Part shown: positions 9,705 to 19,524 of the stretch, in pieces
How positions within the stretch are numbered: position 1 is the first letter of the stretch
Layout: the number at the start of each line of letters is the position of its first letter
Position numbers and translations under genes: made by a program
Source of the DNA: an uncultured Actinomycetes bacterium
Lineage (GTDB): Bacteria; Actinomycetota; Thermoleophilia; Gaiellales; Gaiellaceae
NCBI GenBank assembly: GCA_963779025.1
Contig: CAVZWR010000019.1
Span: 321,755 to 385,754 of the forward strand
Length of the DNA stretch: 64,000 nt
Reading direction: 5' to 3'
The notes under the pieces: generated by a model
Seen by the model: only the letters and a program-made list of their open reading frames with translations
Database searches by the model: none
Told to the model about the DNA's origin: nothing

Positions 9705-10613
9705 ATGAGCGCCGCACGGTCGCGACCGGGAGGTGCGCTCAAACGTCTGATCGGGCGACGGAATCCGATCGCCCGCGAGAAGGCGACGCGCCGGCGGTTT
9801 CTCGAGAGCGCCGAGTCGTTCACTCCGTATGTGGTCGCCGAGCGCCGGGAGGGAACCTTCGTGCTCCCCGTGCACGGCGCCGCGAAGCTCTTCGCGAACC
9901 CCCGGCGGACCGAGTTCGTCGTTCTCGCACGGGCGCTGCAGACGCTGAGGGAGCACGGCAGCGGGACGAACGGCGGGACGATCGTCGACGTCGGGGCAAA
10001 TATCGGAACGACGGTCGTGCCGGCGCTGGTCCTGCATGGGTTCGAACGTGGGGTCGCAATCGAGCCGGATCCCGAGAACCGCAAGGTGCTGCGGGCGTCG
10101 CTTGCACTGAGCGGGGTCGACGAGCAGGTTGCGGTCGTCGGGGCCGCAGCCTCCTCGGGTCCCGGCGAAGCGAGCTTCACCCGGAAACGGTGGAGCGGAG
10201 GGAAGCACCGCATCGGCGCCGGCAGGCTCAGAGACGACCCCGCTCAGGTTTCCGACCTCATCCGCGTCGAGACCGTGTCTCTCGACCAGCTTGCCGAGCA
10301 GGGCGTGATCGACGCCGACACCGTCTCCCTCCTCTGGCTCGACGTCCAAGGGCACGAGGGGGAGGTTCTCGAGGGCGCGTCGTCGCTGCTCCGGCGTCGC
10401 GTACCGGTCGTGTTTGCGCTTCGACCGCGCGAGCTCTCCCGCCCGGAAGTCCTGGCCGAGCTGCTCGGGCGCCACTACGACACCCTCGTCGACCTTCGGC
10501 ATCCGTCACTGAAAGAGGGCTGGACGCCGGAGCTCGAGACGGTCGACGCGCTCGAGCAGCGCTTCGGCCTGCGCTTGACGACTGACATGCTCGCCTTCAA
10601 CCGCGCCGACTAG
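9705..10613 (+). CDS. FkbM-family methyltransferase
   Basis: Intact 302 aa. SAM loop IVDVGANIGTTVV and LLWLDVQGHEGEVLEGA block, typical of Methyltransf_21/FkbM. Confidence 0.85.
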   Translation: MSAARSRPGGALKRLIGRRNPIAREKATRRRFLESAESFTPYVVAERREGTFVLPVHGAAKLFANPRRTEFVVLARALQTLREHGSGTNGGTIVDVGANIGTTVVPALVLHGFERGVAIEPDPENRKVLRASLALSGVDEQVAVVGAAASSGPGEASFTRKRWSGGKHRIGAGRLRDDPAQVSDLIRVETVSLDQLAEQGVIDADTVSLLWLDVQGHEGEVLEGASSLLRRRVPVVFALRPRELSRPEVLAELLGRHYDTLVDLRHPSLKEGWTPELETVDALEQRFGLRLTTDMLAFNRAD

Positions 10614-10625
10614 CCTTGGGGCGTT

Positions 10626-11855
10626 GTGGCGATCGGTGCCAATAACCTCCGGCAGCCACGGCTGCTCGTTCTCAACCAGTACTACTGGCCGGGCATCGAG
10701 GCGACGGCCAACCTTCTGACCGAGCTCTGCGAGGCGCTCGCCGCCACCCACGACGTGACCGTGATCACCGGCGCGTCCCGCGGCCTGCCCCGCCGCCAGG
10801 AGCGCAACGGCGTGAAGATCGTGCGCGTCCGCTCGACCGCCTACGACCGCGCGCACCTCCCGGGCCGGGCGATGAACTACCTCTCGTACGCGCTCGGGGT
10901 GGTCTGGAAGGCGATGCTCTCCCGCCGGCCCGACCTCGTCGTCTGCATGACCGACCCGCCGTTCGTCGGCTCGATCGCGCGCCTCGTCGCCGCGCGCTTC
11001 CGGGCGCCGCTGCTCGTGGTGATGCAGGACGTATTCCCGGAGATCGCAGTCAAGCTCGGCCGACTTCGCAACCCGATCGTCGTCGGCTTCCTGCGCATGC
11101 TGATCGACCCGTCGCTGCGCGCCGCCGACCGCGTGATCGTGATCGGCGAGACGATGAAGCAGCGCGTCGCCGCGAAGGGCGTCTCGCCCGAACGAATCCG
11201 CGTGATTCCGAACTGGGGCGACGCCGCGAGCGTCGTACCGAAGCCGCACGACAACGAGTGGGCGCGCCGGCACAAGCTGGCGAAGAGCTTCGTCGTCATG
11301 CACTCCGGGAACATCGGCCACGCGCAGAACCTCGACGCGCTGATCCGCGCCTCGACCTTCCTCCGCGACCTCGACGACCTCGCCGTGGTCCTGATCGGCT
11401 CCGGCGCACGCCGCGGCGAGCTCGTCGCCCTGACGCGGACGCTGGAGGCGGACAAGGTCGAGATCCTCGGCTACCAGGAGCGCTCGATCCTCTCCGAGTC
11501 GCTCTCGACCGCGGACGTCCACGTCGTCGGGCTCGTGCGCGGGCTGGCCGGCTACGTCGTCCCGAGCCGCGTCTACGGGATCCTCGCCGCCGGCCGGCCG
11601 GTGATCGCCGCCACCGATGTCGAGAGCGAGACGGCGCAGCTCGTCACCGAGGTCGGCTGCGGCGTCGTCGTGCCGCCGGGGAACCCGTTCGCGCTCGCGG
11701 CCGCGATCCGCGCCGCCCACGACGGCGAGTACGACCTCGAGGGGATGGGCCGCCGCGCCCGCGCGTTCGCGGAGCAGGAGGCCGACCGCTCGATCGCGAT
11801 GCGCCGCTACGAGGCGGTCATCGCCGAGCTCGAGGGGGCCGGTGCTCGCGGTTGA
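10626..11855 (+). CDS. glycosyltransferase family 4, WcaI-like
   Basis: Intact 409 aa. LLVLNQYYWPGIEATANLLTELCEAL, VMHSGNIGHAQNL, GYVVPSRVYGILAAGRPVIA. Confidence 0.85.
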   Translation: MAIGANNLRQPRLLVLNQYYWPGIEATANLLTELCEALAATHDVTVITGASRGLPRRQERNGVKIVRVRSTAYDRAHLPGRAMNYLSYALGVVWKAMLSRRPDLVVCMTDPPFVGSIARLVAARFRAPLLVVMQDVFPEIAVKLGRLRNPIVVGFLRMLIDPSLRAADRVIVIGETMKQRVAAKGVSPERIRVIPNWGDAASVVPKPHDNEWARRHKLAKSFVVMHSGNIGHAQNLDALIRASTFLRDLDDLAVVLIGSGARRGELVALTRTLEADKVEILGYQERSILSESLSTADVHVVGLVRGLAGYVVPSRVYGILAAGRPVIAATDVESETAQLVTEVGCGVVVPPGNPFALAAAIRAAHDGEYDLEGMGRRARAFAEQEADRSIAMRRYEAVIAELEGAGARG

Positions 11856-12956
11856 GGTCGTGTTCTGGGCGTCGCTGGCCGCCCTCGTCTGGACGCACGC
11901 CGGTTACCCGCTCGCAGCCGCGGCGGCCGCCCGTGCGCGGCGGCGGGGCGTCCGCGCCGGTGACGTCCTCCCGAGCGTGACGCTGATCGTCGCCGCCCAC
12001 GACGAGGAGGCGGTGATCGAGCGGCGCATCGAGAACCTGCTCGCGCTCGACTACCCGCCTGCGTCGCTGGACATCGTGATCGCGTCCGATGCCTCCGGCG
12101 ACCGCACGGACGAGCTGGTCGAGGCGGTCGCGGCGCGCGAGCCGCGAGTGCGGCTGCTGCGCTGCCCGCGCGGCGGCAAGGTGGCGGCGCAGGACCGGGC
12201 GGTGCGCGAGAGCTCCGCCGAGGTCGTCGCGTTCGGCGACGCGAACGCGATGTGGTCGCCGGACGCGCTCCGCCTGCTCGTCCGCTCCTTCGCCGATCCG
12301 GACGTCGCGTACGTCTGCGGGCGGCTCGTCCTGACCGACGCCGCCGGGGACAACCGCGAAGGCGTCTACTGGCGGTTCGAGACCTGGCTGCGCGAGCAGG
12401 AGTCGGCGCTCGGCTCGGTCACCGGCGGGAACGGGGCGATCTACGCCGTGCGCCGGTCCGACTACGTCGAGGTCGACCCGCGGTTCGGCCACGACCTCTC
12501 CCTGCCGTACGTGATGGTGCAGCGCGGCCGGCGCGCGGTCTACGACCCCGAGGCGATCGCGCGCGAGCGGCCGACGCCGGGGATCGGCACCGAGTACCGG
12601 CGCAAGGTGCGCATGTTCGAGCACTGCTGGCTGATCGTCGCCCGCGGGAAGATGCTCCGCCGGCAGCCGCCGCTCTACTTCGCCGAGATCCTCTCGCACC
12701 GGCACCTGCGGTATGCCTCGGGGCTGCTCCACCTCGTCGCTGCTGGGGACGAACGTCGCGCTCGTCGCCGCCCGCGAGGGCTGGGTCTACGACGTCGCGC
12801 TCGGCCTCCAGGTCGCGTTCGTCGCGGTCGCCTTCGCCCGGCCGTCGATCGCCGCGCTACTACGCCCTCGTCACCTGGGCGACGGTGGTCGCGCTCTGGA
12901 ACTACCTGCGCCGCGGCGTGCCCGCGACGTGGGACGCCGCCGAGGGCACGCGCTGA
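11842..12956 (+). CDS. membrane-embedded GT2 glycosyltransferase (synthase-like architecture); frame-disrupted (2)
   Basis: GTG 11842 overlaps the upstream stop. N-terminal TM segment, then VTLIVAAHDEEAVIERRIENLLALDYP, IVIASDASGDRT, GGNGAIYAVRR, EYRRKVRM. The C-terminal TM region is read in two further frames (changes near 12735 and 12850). Confidence 0.75.
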
Positions 12957-13531
12957 ACCGCGCTCTGGACGTCGCGGGCGCGGGCGCCGTCCTGCTCGTG
13001 ACCAGCCCGCTGATCGGGCTCGCGGCGCTCGCGGTCAAGCTCGAGGACGGCGGCCCGGTCTTCTACCGGCAGGTGCGCGTGGGGAAGGACGGCCGCGACT
13101 TCGAGCTGCTGAAGCTGCGGACGATGATCGTCGGCGCGGAAACGCAGGGGGCCGGCTACGCGGTCGCGGAGGGCGATTCGCGGATCACCCGCGCCGGCCG
13201 GCTCCTCCGCCGCCTCTCGATCGACGAGCTGCCGCAGCTCTGGAACGTCCTCCGCGGCGAGATGAGCCTCGTCGGCCCGCGACCGACGCTCCGCTACCAG
13301 GTCGACCGCTACGACGAGCGCCAGCGCCACCGCCTCGACGTGAAGCCGGGCCTGACCGGCTGGGCGCAGGTGAACGGCCGCGCCGCGCTGCCGTGGGAGG
13401 AGCGCATCGAGCTCGACCTCTGGTACGTCGAGCACCGCTCGACGCGGCTCGACCTGAAGATCCTCGCGCTGACGCCGCTCGCGCTGTTCCGCGGCACCTA
13501 CAAAGGGGCAACGGGCGGCTGGACTCCGTAG
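12929..13531 (+). CDS. small phosphoglycosyl transferase (bacterial sugar transferase, PglC / WcaJ C-domain type)
   Basis: [77 protein letters not shown]. The GTG 12929 start is inferred. Confidence 0.85.
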   Translation: MGRRRGHALNRALDVAGAGAVLLVTSPLIGLAALAVKLEDGGPVFYRQVRVGKDGRDFELLKLRTMIVGAETQGAGYAVAEGDSRITRAGRLLRRLSIDELPQLWNVLRGEMSLVGPRPTLRYQVDRYDERQRHRLDVKPGLTGWAQVNGRAALPWEERIELDLWYVEHRSTRLDLKILALTPLALFRGTYKGATGGWTP

Positions 13532-13546
13532 ACGGCCTGCAGCGAT

Positions 13547-14398
13547 CTACCGTCGGAGCACGAGGTTCAGCGACGGCACCTCGCGTGCCCGCTCGAGCAC
13601 CGCCGACCGCGTGCTCGGCTCGAGGCTCGCCGTTCCGGTGCAGCAGGCAGAGCTCGAACCCGAGCGACTCGTAGAACGCGAGCACCTCCTCCGGGGACTC
13701 GCCGCCGACGTGCGGCTCGTTCGCGGAACTCGACGACCGCCGCGAGCACCGGGCTGCGCTCGAGGATCGCCGAGGCGCCGCGCAGGACGAGCGGCTCCGC
13801 GCCCTCGACGTCGATCTTCAGCACGTCCACCTCGCCCTGGGGGACGAGCTCGTCGAGCGTCGCCGCGCGCACCTCGATCCCCGTGCCGCCGATCTGCGCG
13901 CCCGAGCGGTGTGCGGCATCCAGCTCGATCCGCACCGGCCCCGAGCCCGTCGGATGCGGCCGCGGCGACGACCTCGACGTCCGCGCCGTGGCGCCAGACG
14001 TTCGCCCGCAGCAGCTCGAGCGTCCACGGCACCGGCTCGACCGCGACCACGTGCGCGCCGAGCTGCGCGCCGAACACCGCGTGGAAGCCGACGTTCGCGC
14101 CCACGTCCACGAACAACGATCCGGGCCGGAGGAACCGTGCGAGCAGCTTCATCACGTCCGCCTCCCAGACGCCCTGGCTGCGGATCCACGGCGTCAGGTG
14201 CTCGTCGGCGGAGTCGAACCAGAGCGTGCCGATCGCCGTGTCGAGCTCGACTGCCTCCGGGGGCAGCGAGGGAACCGGCCCCTCGGGCAACGGCGTGTGC
14301 TTCCGCATCCGCCGCCGGAAGCCCGCCAGCGCGGGCCGCACGAAGCGCGCGCGCCCCCTCCGGAACACGCTCCCAGACCGCCCACGCAAGCTCCGCAC
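13547..14398 (-). CDS. FkbM-family methyltransferase; frame-disrupted (3)
   Basis: LFVDVGANVGFHAVFG, then VLKIDVEGAEPLVLRGA and LAFYESLGFEL in other frames, returning to the tail SAVLERAREVPSLNLVLRR*. Start is GTG 14398 or ATG 14308. Confidence 0.7.
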   Translation of the reverse strand: MRSLRGRSGSVFRRGRARFVRPALAGFRRRMRKHTPLPEGPVPSLPPEAVELDTAIGTLWFDSADEHLTPWIRSQGVWEADVMKLLARFLRPGSLFVDVGANVGFHAVFGAQLGAHVVAVEPVPWTLELLRANVWRHGADVEVVAAAASDGLGAGADRAGCRTPLGRADRRHGDRGARGDARRARPPGRGGRAEDRRRGRGAARPARRLGDPRAQPGARGGRRVPRTSRTSAASPRRRCSRSTSRSGSSSACCTGTASLEPSTRSAVLERAREVPSLNLVLRR

Positions 14399-14429
14399 GC
14401 CCGGGGTCGTAACACAGCTGGTACGGGGC

Positions 14430-14435
14430 TACCAT
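14430..14435 (+). promoter_or_regulatory. -10-like box, leaderless arrangement
   Basis: TACCAT lies 6 nt upstream of GTG 14442. No Shine-Dalgarno sequence. Confidence 0.35.
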
Positions 14436-14441
14436 CAGGAC

Positions 14442-15449
14442 GTGGCGGAGAACGAAGCGATCCCGGCGAAGGTCGCCGAGAGCGAGGACACGATCGGCGC
14501 CCTCGGCATCGCCGGCAGGAGCGATTACGAGCAGCTGAACGCCTGGCCGCGCAAGCGCTGGCACGCGCTCGGCGCCAATCTCTACCCGAGCGAGCAGGAG
14601 CTCTTCGAGGGCGACCTCGGGCAGCTGATCCGCGAGCACGTGATCACCGGGTGGGCGCCGAAGGAGCCGCTGCTCGGGATCGACGACTCCGTCTACACGC
14701 TGGGCTCGTGCTTCGCGCGCGAGCTGCTCCGCTACCTGACGAAGGCGGGCGTCTCGTCGAAGCGCGTCTGGATCCCGTCCGGCCTGAACAACAGCTTTGC
14801 GATCCTCGACTTCTTCTCGTGGTGCGCGACCGGCCAGGAGACGGGCCGCGGCTTCCGCTACGACCGGCTCGAGACCGGCGAGATCGTCGAGTGGAAGCCC
14901 GAGGGGGAGCGCCAGGCCTACGTGGACGAGTTCGCGAAGGCGGGGGCGTTCGTGTTCACGTTCGGGCTCGCGGAGGTCTGGGAGGACAAGGAGACGGGCG
15001 GCGTCTTCTGGCGCGGCGTCCCCGAGGAGATCTTCGACGCCGACCGGCACGTGTTCCGGCTGAGCTCGGTCGAGGAGAACGCCGCCAACATCAGGCAGAT
15101 CATCGAGCACTGCCGCGCGATGAACCCGGACGCCCCGGTCGTGCTCACGCTGTCGCCGGTGCCGCTGATGGCCACGTTCCGTGACGTTTCCTGCATCACC
15201 GCCGACGCCGTCTCGAAGTCGGTGCTGCGCGTGGCGCTCGACCAGGTGATGCGCGACGAGCGCGAGGGCGTCTACTACTGGCCGTCGTACGAGGTCGTGA
15301 AGTGGGTCGGCCCGCACCTCGACTGGCCGGCGTACGGGCTGCACAACCGCAAGCCCCGCGACGTCTCCAAGAAGCTCGTCGCCGCGATCATCGACGCCTT
15401 CGTCGACTCCTACTACACGCCTGAAGCGGTCGCGCAGCTCCGCCGCTAG
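14442..15449 (+). CDS. GSCFA family protein, copy 1
   Basis: Intact 335 aa from GTG 14442. Eponymous motif YTLGSCFAREL, plus FVFTFGLAEVWEDKETG and VVLTLSPVPL. Confidence 0.85.
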   Translation: MAENEAIPAKVAESEDTIGALGIAGRSDYEQLNAWPRKRWHALGANLYPSEQELFEGDLGQLIREHVITGWAPKEPLLGIDDSVYTLGSCFARELLRYLTKAGVSSKRVWIPSGLNNSFAILDFFSWCATGQETGRGFRYDRLETGEIVEWKPEGERQAYVDEFAKAGAFVFTFGLAEVWEDKETGGVFWRGVPEEIFDADRHVFRLSSVEENAANIRQIIEHCRAMNPDAPVVLTLSPVPLMATFRDVSCITADAVSKSVLRVALDQVMRDEREGVYYWPSYEVVKWVGPHLDWPAYGLHNRKPRDVSKKLVAAIIDAFVDSYYTPEAVAQLRR

Positions 15450-15465
15450 CCCTACCCTCTCGTTC

Positions 15466-15865
15466 GTGACCGCCGTCCTCTTCACCTGCGCCGGGCAGCG
15501 CGTGGACGTGGTCACCGCGTTCTCGCGGGCGGGCGGACACACGATCGCCGTCGACGCGAACCCGCTCGCGCCGGCGATCTACCACGCCGACGTGCACGCG
15601 GTCGTCCCGCGGATCGACGACCCGGCCTACCTGCCTGCGCTCCAGGAGCTGATCGCCGAGCACGACGTGAGGCTCGTCGTGCCACTCACAGACCTCGACA
15701 GCTGCTCCTCGCCGAGCACCGCGACGAGATCGACGCGGTCCTGCTGCTCCCCGACCCCGACGTCGTGCGGCGCACCGCCGACAAGTACCTCGCCCACCTG
15801 TTCTTCGAGGAGCGCGGCATCCCGTCGCCGCCGAGCTGGCTCCCGGAGGAGTTGCCGGACGACGG
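15466..15865 (+). pseudogene. ATP-grasp protein, 5' fragment (truncated duplicate of 16989-17993)
   Basis: About 400 nt nearly identical to 16989-17390 (MTAVLFTCAGQRVDVVTAFSRAGGHT..SWLPEELPDD). One 1-nt deletion near 15700. Homology ends at 15863 and the ATP-binding half is absent. Confidence 0.8.
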
Positions 15866-15868
15866 GCG

Positions 15869-15919
15869 TACTACACGCCCGAGGCCGTTGCGCGCCTCCG
15901 CACCGGCAGCGGAATGTGA
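15869..15919 (+). pseudogene. 3' remnant of a third GSCFA gene
   Basis: Translation YYTPEAVARLRTGSGM* compares with the end of copy 1, YYTPEAVAQLRR*. It abuts the truncated ATP-grasp fragment and is followed by an AT-rich spacer at 15915-15980. Confidence 0.6.
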
Positions 15920-15980
15920 TTCGTAAATAATCTGTTTCGAAAGCAGGAAGCGCCGGTCCCGTAGGTAACCTCGACGCTGG

Positions 15981-16975
15981 ATGCTCGCTCGCGCGCGCAA
16001 CCTCGCCCGGCGAATCCGCAGGCCAGAGGCGAAGAAGCTTCCCTCGACGCGGAGGGCATGGGGCCCGGAACGGTGGTACGGCGAGGGGGTCGTCCTGTAC
16101 CCGGCACGGCGTGAGGCATTCGACGCCGACCTCTCCGAAGTGATCCGTGAGCACGCGCTCGTCGGGCACGTTCCCTCCGAGCCCATACTCGGCGCCGGCG
16201 ACAGCGTGGTCGCGATCGGTTCCTGCTTCGCCGGCGAGCTGCGGAAGTACCTCCGGCTGGCGGGCTTGGAGTCGAAGCGGATCTGGGTGCCGGAGGGGCT
16301 GAACAACACCTATGCCCTGCTCGACTTCCTCACCTGGGCGGTCACGGGCAAGACGACGGGCACCGGCTTCCGCTACGACCGTGACCGCAACGGGAAGATC
16401 CGCGAGTGGCTGCCGGACGAGCCGAAGAGCCGTTACTCCGAGCGCCTGCGCGGAGGCCGGTGCACTCGTCTTCACGATCGGCGTTGCGGAGGTCTGGCAG
16501 GACAAGGAGACGGGAGGGGTCTTCTGGCACGGCGTCCCGCGCCAGGTCTACGAAGCGAACAGGCACGTTCACCGGCTGACCACCGTCGAGGAGAACGCGG
16601 CGAACATCCGCAAGATCGTCGACTTCGTCCGGAGCGTGAATCGCACCGCCCCGATCGTGCTGACGCTCTCACCCGTGCCGCTGAAGGGCACCTTCCGCGG
16701 GATCTCGAGCCTGAGCGCGGACTGCGTCTCGAAGTCGGTGCTGCGGGTGGCGATCGACCAGGTGATGTCGGACGCGCGGCCGGGCGTCTATTACTGGCCG
16801 TCGTTCGAGATCGTCAAGTGGGCGGGCGCCGAACCTGAGGTGGCCCGCCTACGGCCTCGACGACGGGAAGACGCGCCACGTGACCCGGCGGCTGGTCGCC
16901 GCGATCATCGACGCGTTCGTCGAGACGTTCTTCGTGCCGGAGGCGCTCGAGACGATCCGCCGTCGCGCTGCGTAA
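15981..16975 (+). CDS. GSCFA family protein, copy 2; frame-disrupted (2)
   Basis: VVAIGSCFAGELRKYL, LVFTIGVAEVWQDKETGGVFW, IVLTLSPVPL, tail LVAAIIDAFVETFFVPEALETIRRRAA*. Frame changes near 16450 and 16830. Confidence 0.8.
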
Positions 16976-16988
16976 CTACATTCCCCCC

Positions 16989-17993
16989 GTGACAGCCGTC
17001 CTCTTCACCTGCGCCGGGCAGCGCGTGGACGTCGTCACCGCGTTCTCGCGGGCGGGCGGGCACACCGATCGCGGTCGACGCGAACCCGCTCGCGCCGGCG
17101 ATCTACCACGCCGACGTGCCACGCGGTCGTTCCGCGGATCGACGACCCGGCCTACCTGCCGGCGCTCCAGGAGCTGATCGCCGAGCACGACGTGAAGCTC
17201 GTCGTCCCGCTCACCGACCTCGACCAGCTGCTGCTCGCCGAGCACCGCGACGAGATCGAAGCGGTCGTGCTGCTCCCCGATCCCGACGTCGTTCGGCGCA
17301 CCGCGCGACAAGTACCTCGCGCATCTCTTCTTCGAGGAGCGCGGCATCCCGTCGCCGCCGAGCTGGCTCCCCGAGGAGTTGCCGGACGACCTCGAGTTCC
17401 CGGTGCTCGTCAAGGCGCGGTTCGGGTTCGGCTCGCGCGACATCTTCCGCGCGAACGACCGCCGCGAGCTCGAGTTCTTCCTCGGCTACTCGCAGGCCGA
17501 CTCGTTCGTCCAGCGCGTCTGCCCGGGCGAGGAGTTCTCGATCGACGTCTTCTGCGATCTCGACAGCCGCTGCCTGAACTCGATCCCGCGGACGATGATC
17601 GAGTCGAAGGGCGGCGAGTCGATCAAGGGGATGACGATCAAGGACCCGGAGCTGATCGACTTCGGCCGCCTCGTCGCGGAGGAGCTCGGGATCCGCGGGC
17701 CGGCGAACGTGCAGTGCTTCCGCGTCGCTCCCGGCCGCCACGAGGTCACGGACGTCAACCCGCGCTTCGGCGGCGCCTTCCCGCTCCCGCGCGCGGCCGG
17801 CAGCCGCTACCCGGAGCTCGCGCTCGCGCTGGCGCGGGGCGAGCGCCCGGAGCCGCGGCTCGGCGAGTTCCGGGAGGGCGTCGTGATGACCCGCTTCTTC
17901 TCGCACCTCTCGCTGACCGCCGACGGCGGCGGGCGGCTGGAGCCGTTTGCGGAGGAGTTGCCCGAGCCGGTCGCGGGCGAGCCCGCCGCCTAG
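16989..17993 (+). CDS. ATP-grasp domain protein (carboxylate-amine ligase type); frame-disrupted (3)
   Basis: Starts at GTG 16989. Three single-base insertions relative to the 15466 copy (near 17065, 17119, 17305) restore the original frame. FPVLVKARFGFGSRDIF, EEFSIDVFCD, ANVQCF..VTDVNPRFGGAFPL. Confidence 0.8.
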
Positions 17994-17997
17994 AGCG

Positions 17998-19497
17998 GTG
18001 CGGGTCCTCTTCTTCGTCGACCGCCCGGGCGTCCTCCGCCAGTTCGCCTCGCTGGTCACCGAGCTCGCGGCGCGCGGGCCACGACGTCCACCTCGCGCTC
18101 CGCTCGGAGCCGGACGAGGACCAGCAGCCACAGGTCGAGCGGCTCGTCGGCGCGTCGCCGCACGTCACCTCCGGCCCGGCGCCGGCACGCGACCAGCGCG
18201 ACGGCTGGCGGCCGGTCGCGTGGGCTGTTCGGGCGCTCGGCGACCTGGCCCGCTACGCGCAGCCGCGCTACGCGAACGCGCCGATGTTGCGCGCCCGCGT
18301 CACCGGCAAGGTCGTCCGCCGCTTCGAGCGTGCGACGGAGCTCGAGCCCGATCGGGCGGCGGCTTGCGTCTGCGCCTCGCCCGCCGGCTCGCTGCCGGCG
18401 ACTCCCAGCTCGCCGAGAGCGTGATCCGCACGACCGCGAGGCTGGAGCGCGCGATCCCGTCGAGCCCGGCGATCGACCGCTACGTCCGCGAGCAGCAGCC
18501 CGACGTCGTGCTCGCCACCTCCGTCGTCAAGCTCGCCTCGCCGCAGGTGGAGTTCCTGAAGAGCGCCCGCGCGCTCGGCATTCCCGCCGCGACGCTGGTC
18601 GCGAGCTGGGACAACCTGACGAACAAGGGTCTGCTCAAGTGGCAGCCGGAGCAGGTCTTCGTCTGGAACGAGATCCAGCGGCGGGAGGCGATCGAGCTCC
18701 ACGGGATGCCGCCGGACCGCGTGACCGCGACCGGCGCCGGGCTCTTCGACACCTGGTTCGACCGCCGCCCGAGCGGCCCGCGGGACGACTTCGTCCGCGC
18801 CATGGGCCTCGATCCCGAGCGCCCATACGTCCTCTTCCTCGGCTCCAGCCCCTTCGTGACCAACCACTCCGACGAGGAGGTGCGCTTCGTCGAGCGGTGG
18901 ATCGAGGCGCTGCGCGCGTCACCGGACGAGCGCGTCCGCGGCGCGAGCGTGGTCGTGCGCCCGCATCCGGTCGGCAAGGGCTGGCGCGACGCGGACCTCG
19001 CGCGCTTCGAGAACGCCGTCGTCTGGCCGCGCCACTCGGAGCGGCCGGTCTCCGCCGAGGAGCACGACACGTTCTACGACTCGCTCGCCCACAGCGCCGC
19101 GGTGGTCGGGATCAACACGACTGCGATGATCGAGGCGGCCGTGGTCGGCAAGAGCGTCCTCACCGTCCTGGCGCCGGAGTTCGGCCAGGAGAGCACGCTC
19201 CACTTCCACTATCTGCTCGAGGAGAACGGCGGCTTCCTGCACGTCGCCTCCTCGCTCGACGAGCACGCGGAGCAGCTCGGCCGGGTCCTGGAGGACCGCG
19301 CCGAGGACGCCGAGCAGCGCCGCCGCTTCGTCGAGTCGTTCGTCCGGCCGCACGGGCTCGACCGGCCGGCGACGCCGATCTTCGCCGACGCGGTCGAGCA
19401 GCTGGCGTCGGCGCGGGTCGCCGCCACGGGGCGCACGGGCCTGCTCCGTCCAATGCTCGCGATCGAGGCTACTCTGGCGAGGCGGCGGCTCCGCTAG
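17998..19497 (+). CDS. uncharacterised GT-B-like 'SWDNLTNKG' family protein, paralog 4; frame-disrupted (2)
   Basis: VRVLFFVDRPGVLRQFASLVTELAARG / HDVHLAL.. / VASWDNLTNKGLLKW, AVVGINTTAMIEAAVVGKSVLTVL, TLHFHYLLEENGGFLH. Frame changes near 18075 and 18350. Confidence 0.75.
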   Translation: MRVLFFVDRPGVLRQFASLVTELAARGPRRPPRAPLGAGRGPAATGRAARRRVAARHLRPGAGTRPARRLAAGRVGCSGARRPGPLRAAALRERADVARPRHRQGRPPLRACDGARARSGGGLRLRLARRLAAGDSQLAESVIRTTARLERAIPSSPAIDRYVREQQPDVVLATSVVKLASPQVEFLKSARALGIPAATLVASWDNLTNKGLLKWQPEQVFVWNEIQRREAIELHGMPPDRVTATGAGLFDTWFDRRPSGPRDDFVRAMGLDPERPYVLFLGSSPFVTNHSDEEVRFVERWIEALRASPDERVRGASVVVRPHPVGKGWRDADLARFENAVVWPRHSERPVSAEEHDTFYDSLAHSAAVVGINTTAMIEAAVVGKSVLTVLAPEFGQESTLHFHYLLEENGGFLHVASSLDEHAEQLGRVLEDRAEDAEQRRRFVESFVRPHGLDRPATPIFADAVEQLASARVAATGRTGLLRPMLAIEATLARRRLR

Positions 19498-19524
19498 CGC
19501 GTTCCGTCCGGGGGGTCTGGCTTC

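Noticed and set aside
13611-15449. 612 aa plus-strand ORF extending the GSCFA gene upstream
   Set aside because: The first ~275 codons are antisense to the FkbM gene and are Arg/Pro/Ser-rich. The GSCFA homology, a GTG and a correctly spaced -10 box all begin at 14442.
15915-15980. AT-rich 60-nt island as a possible IS end, tRNA or small RNA
   Set aside because: It has no inverted repeats, no cloverleaf potential and no adjacent transposase. It is best explained as the original promoter/spacer upstream of GSCFA copy 2, retained next to the deletion scar.
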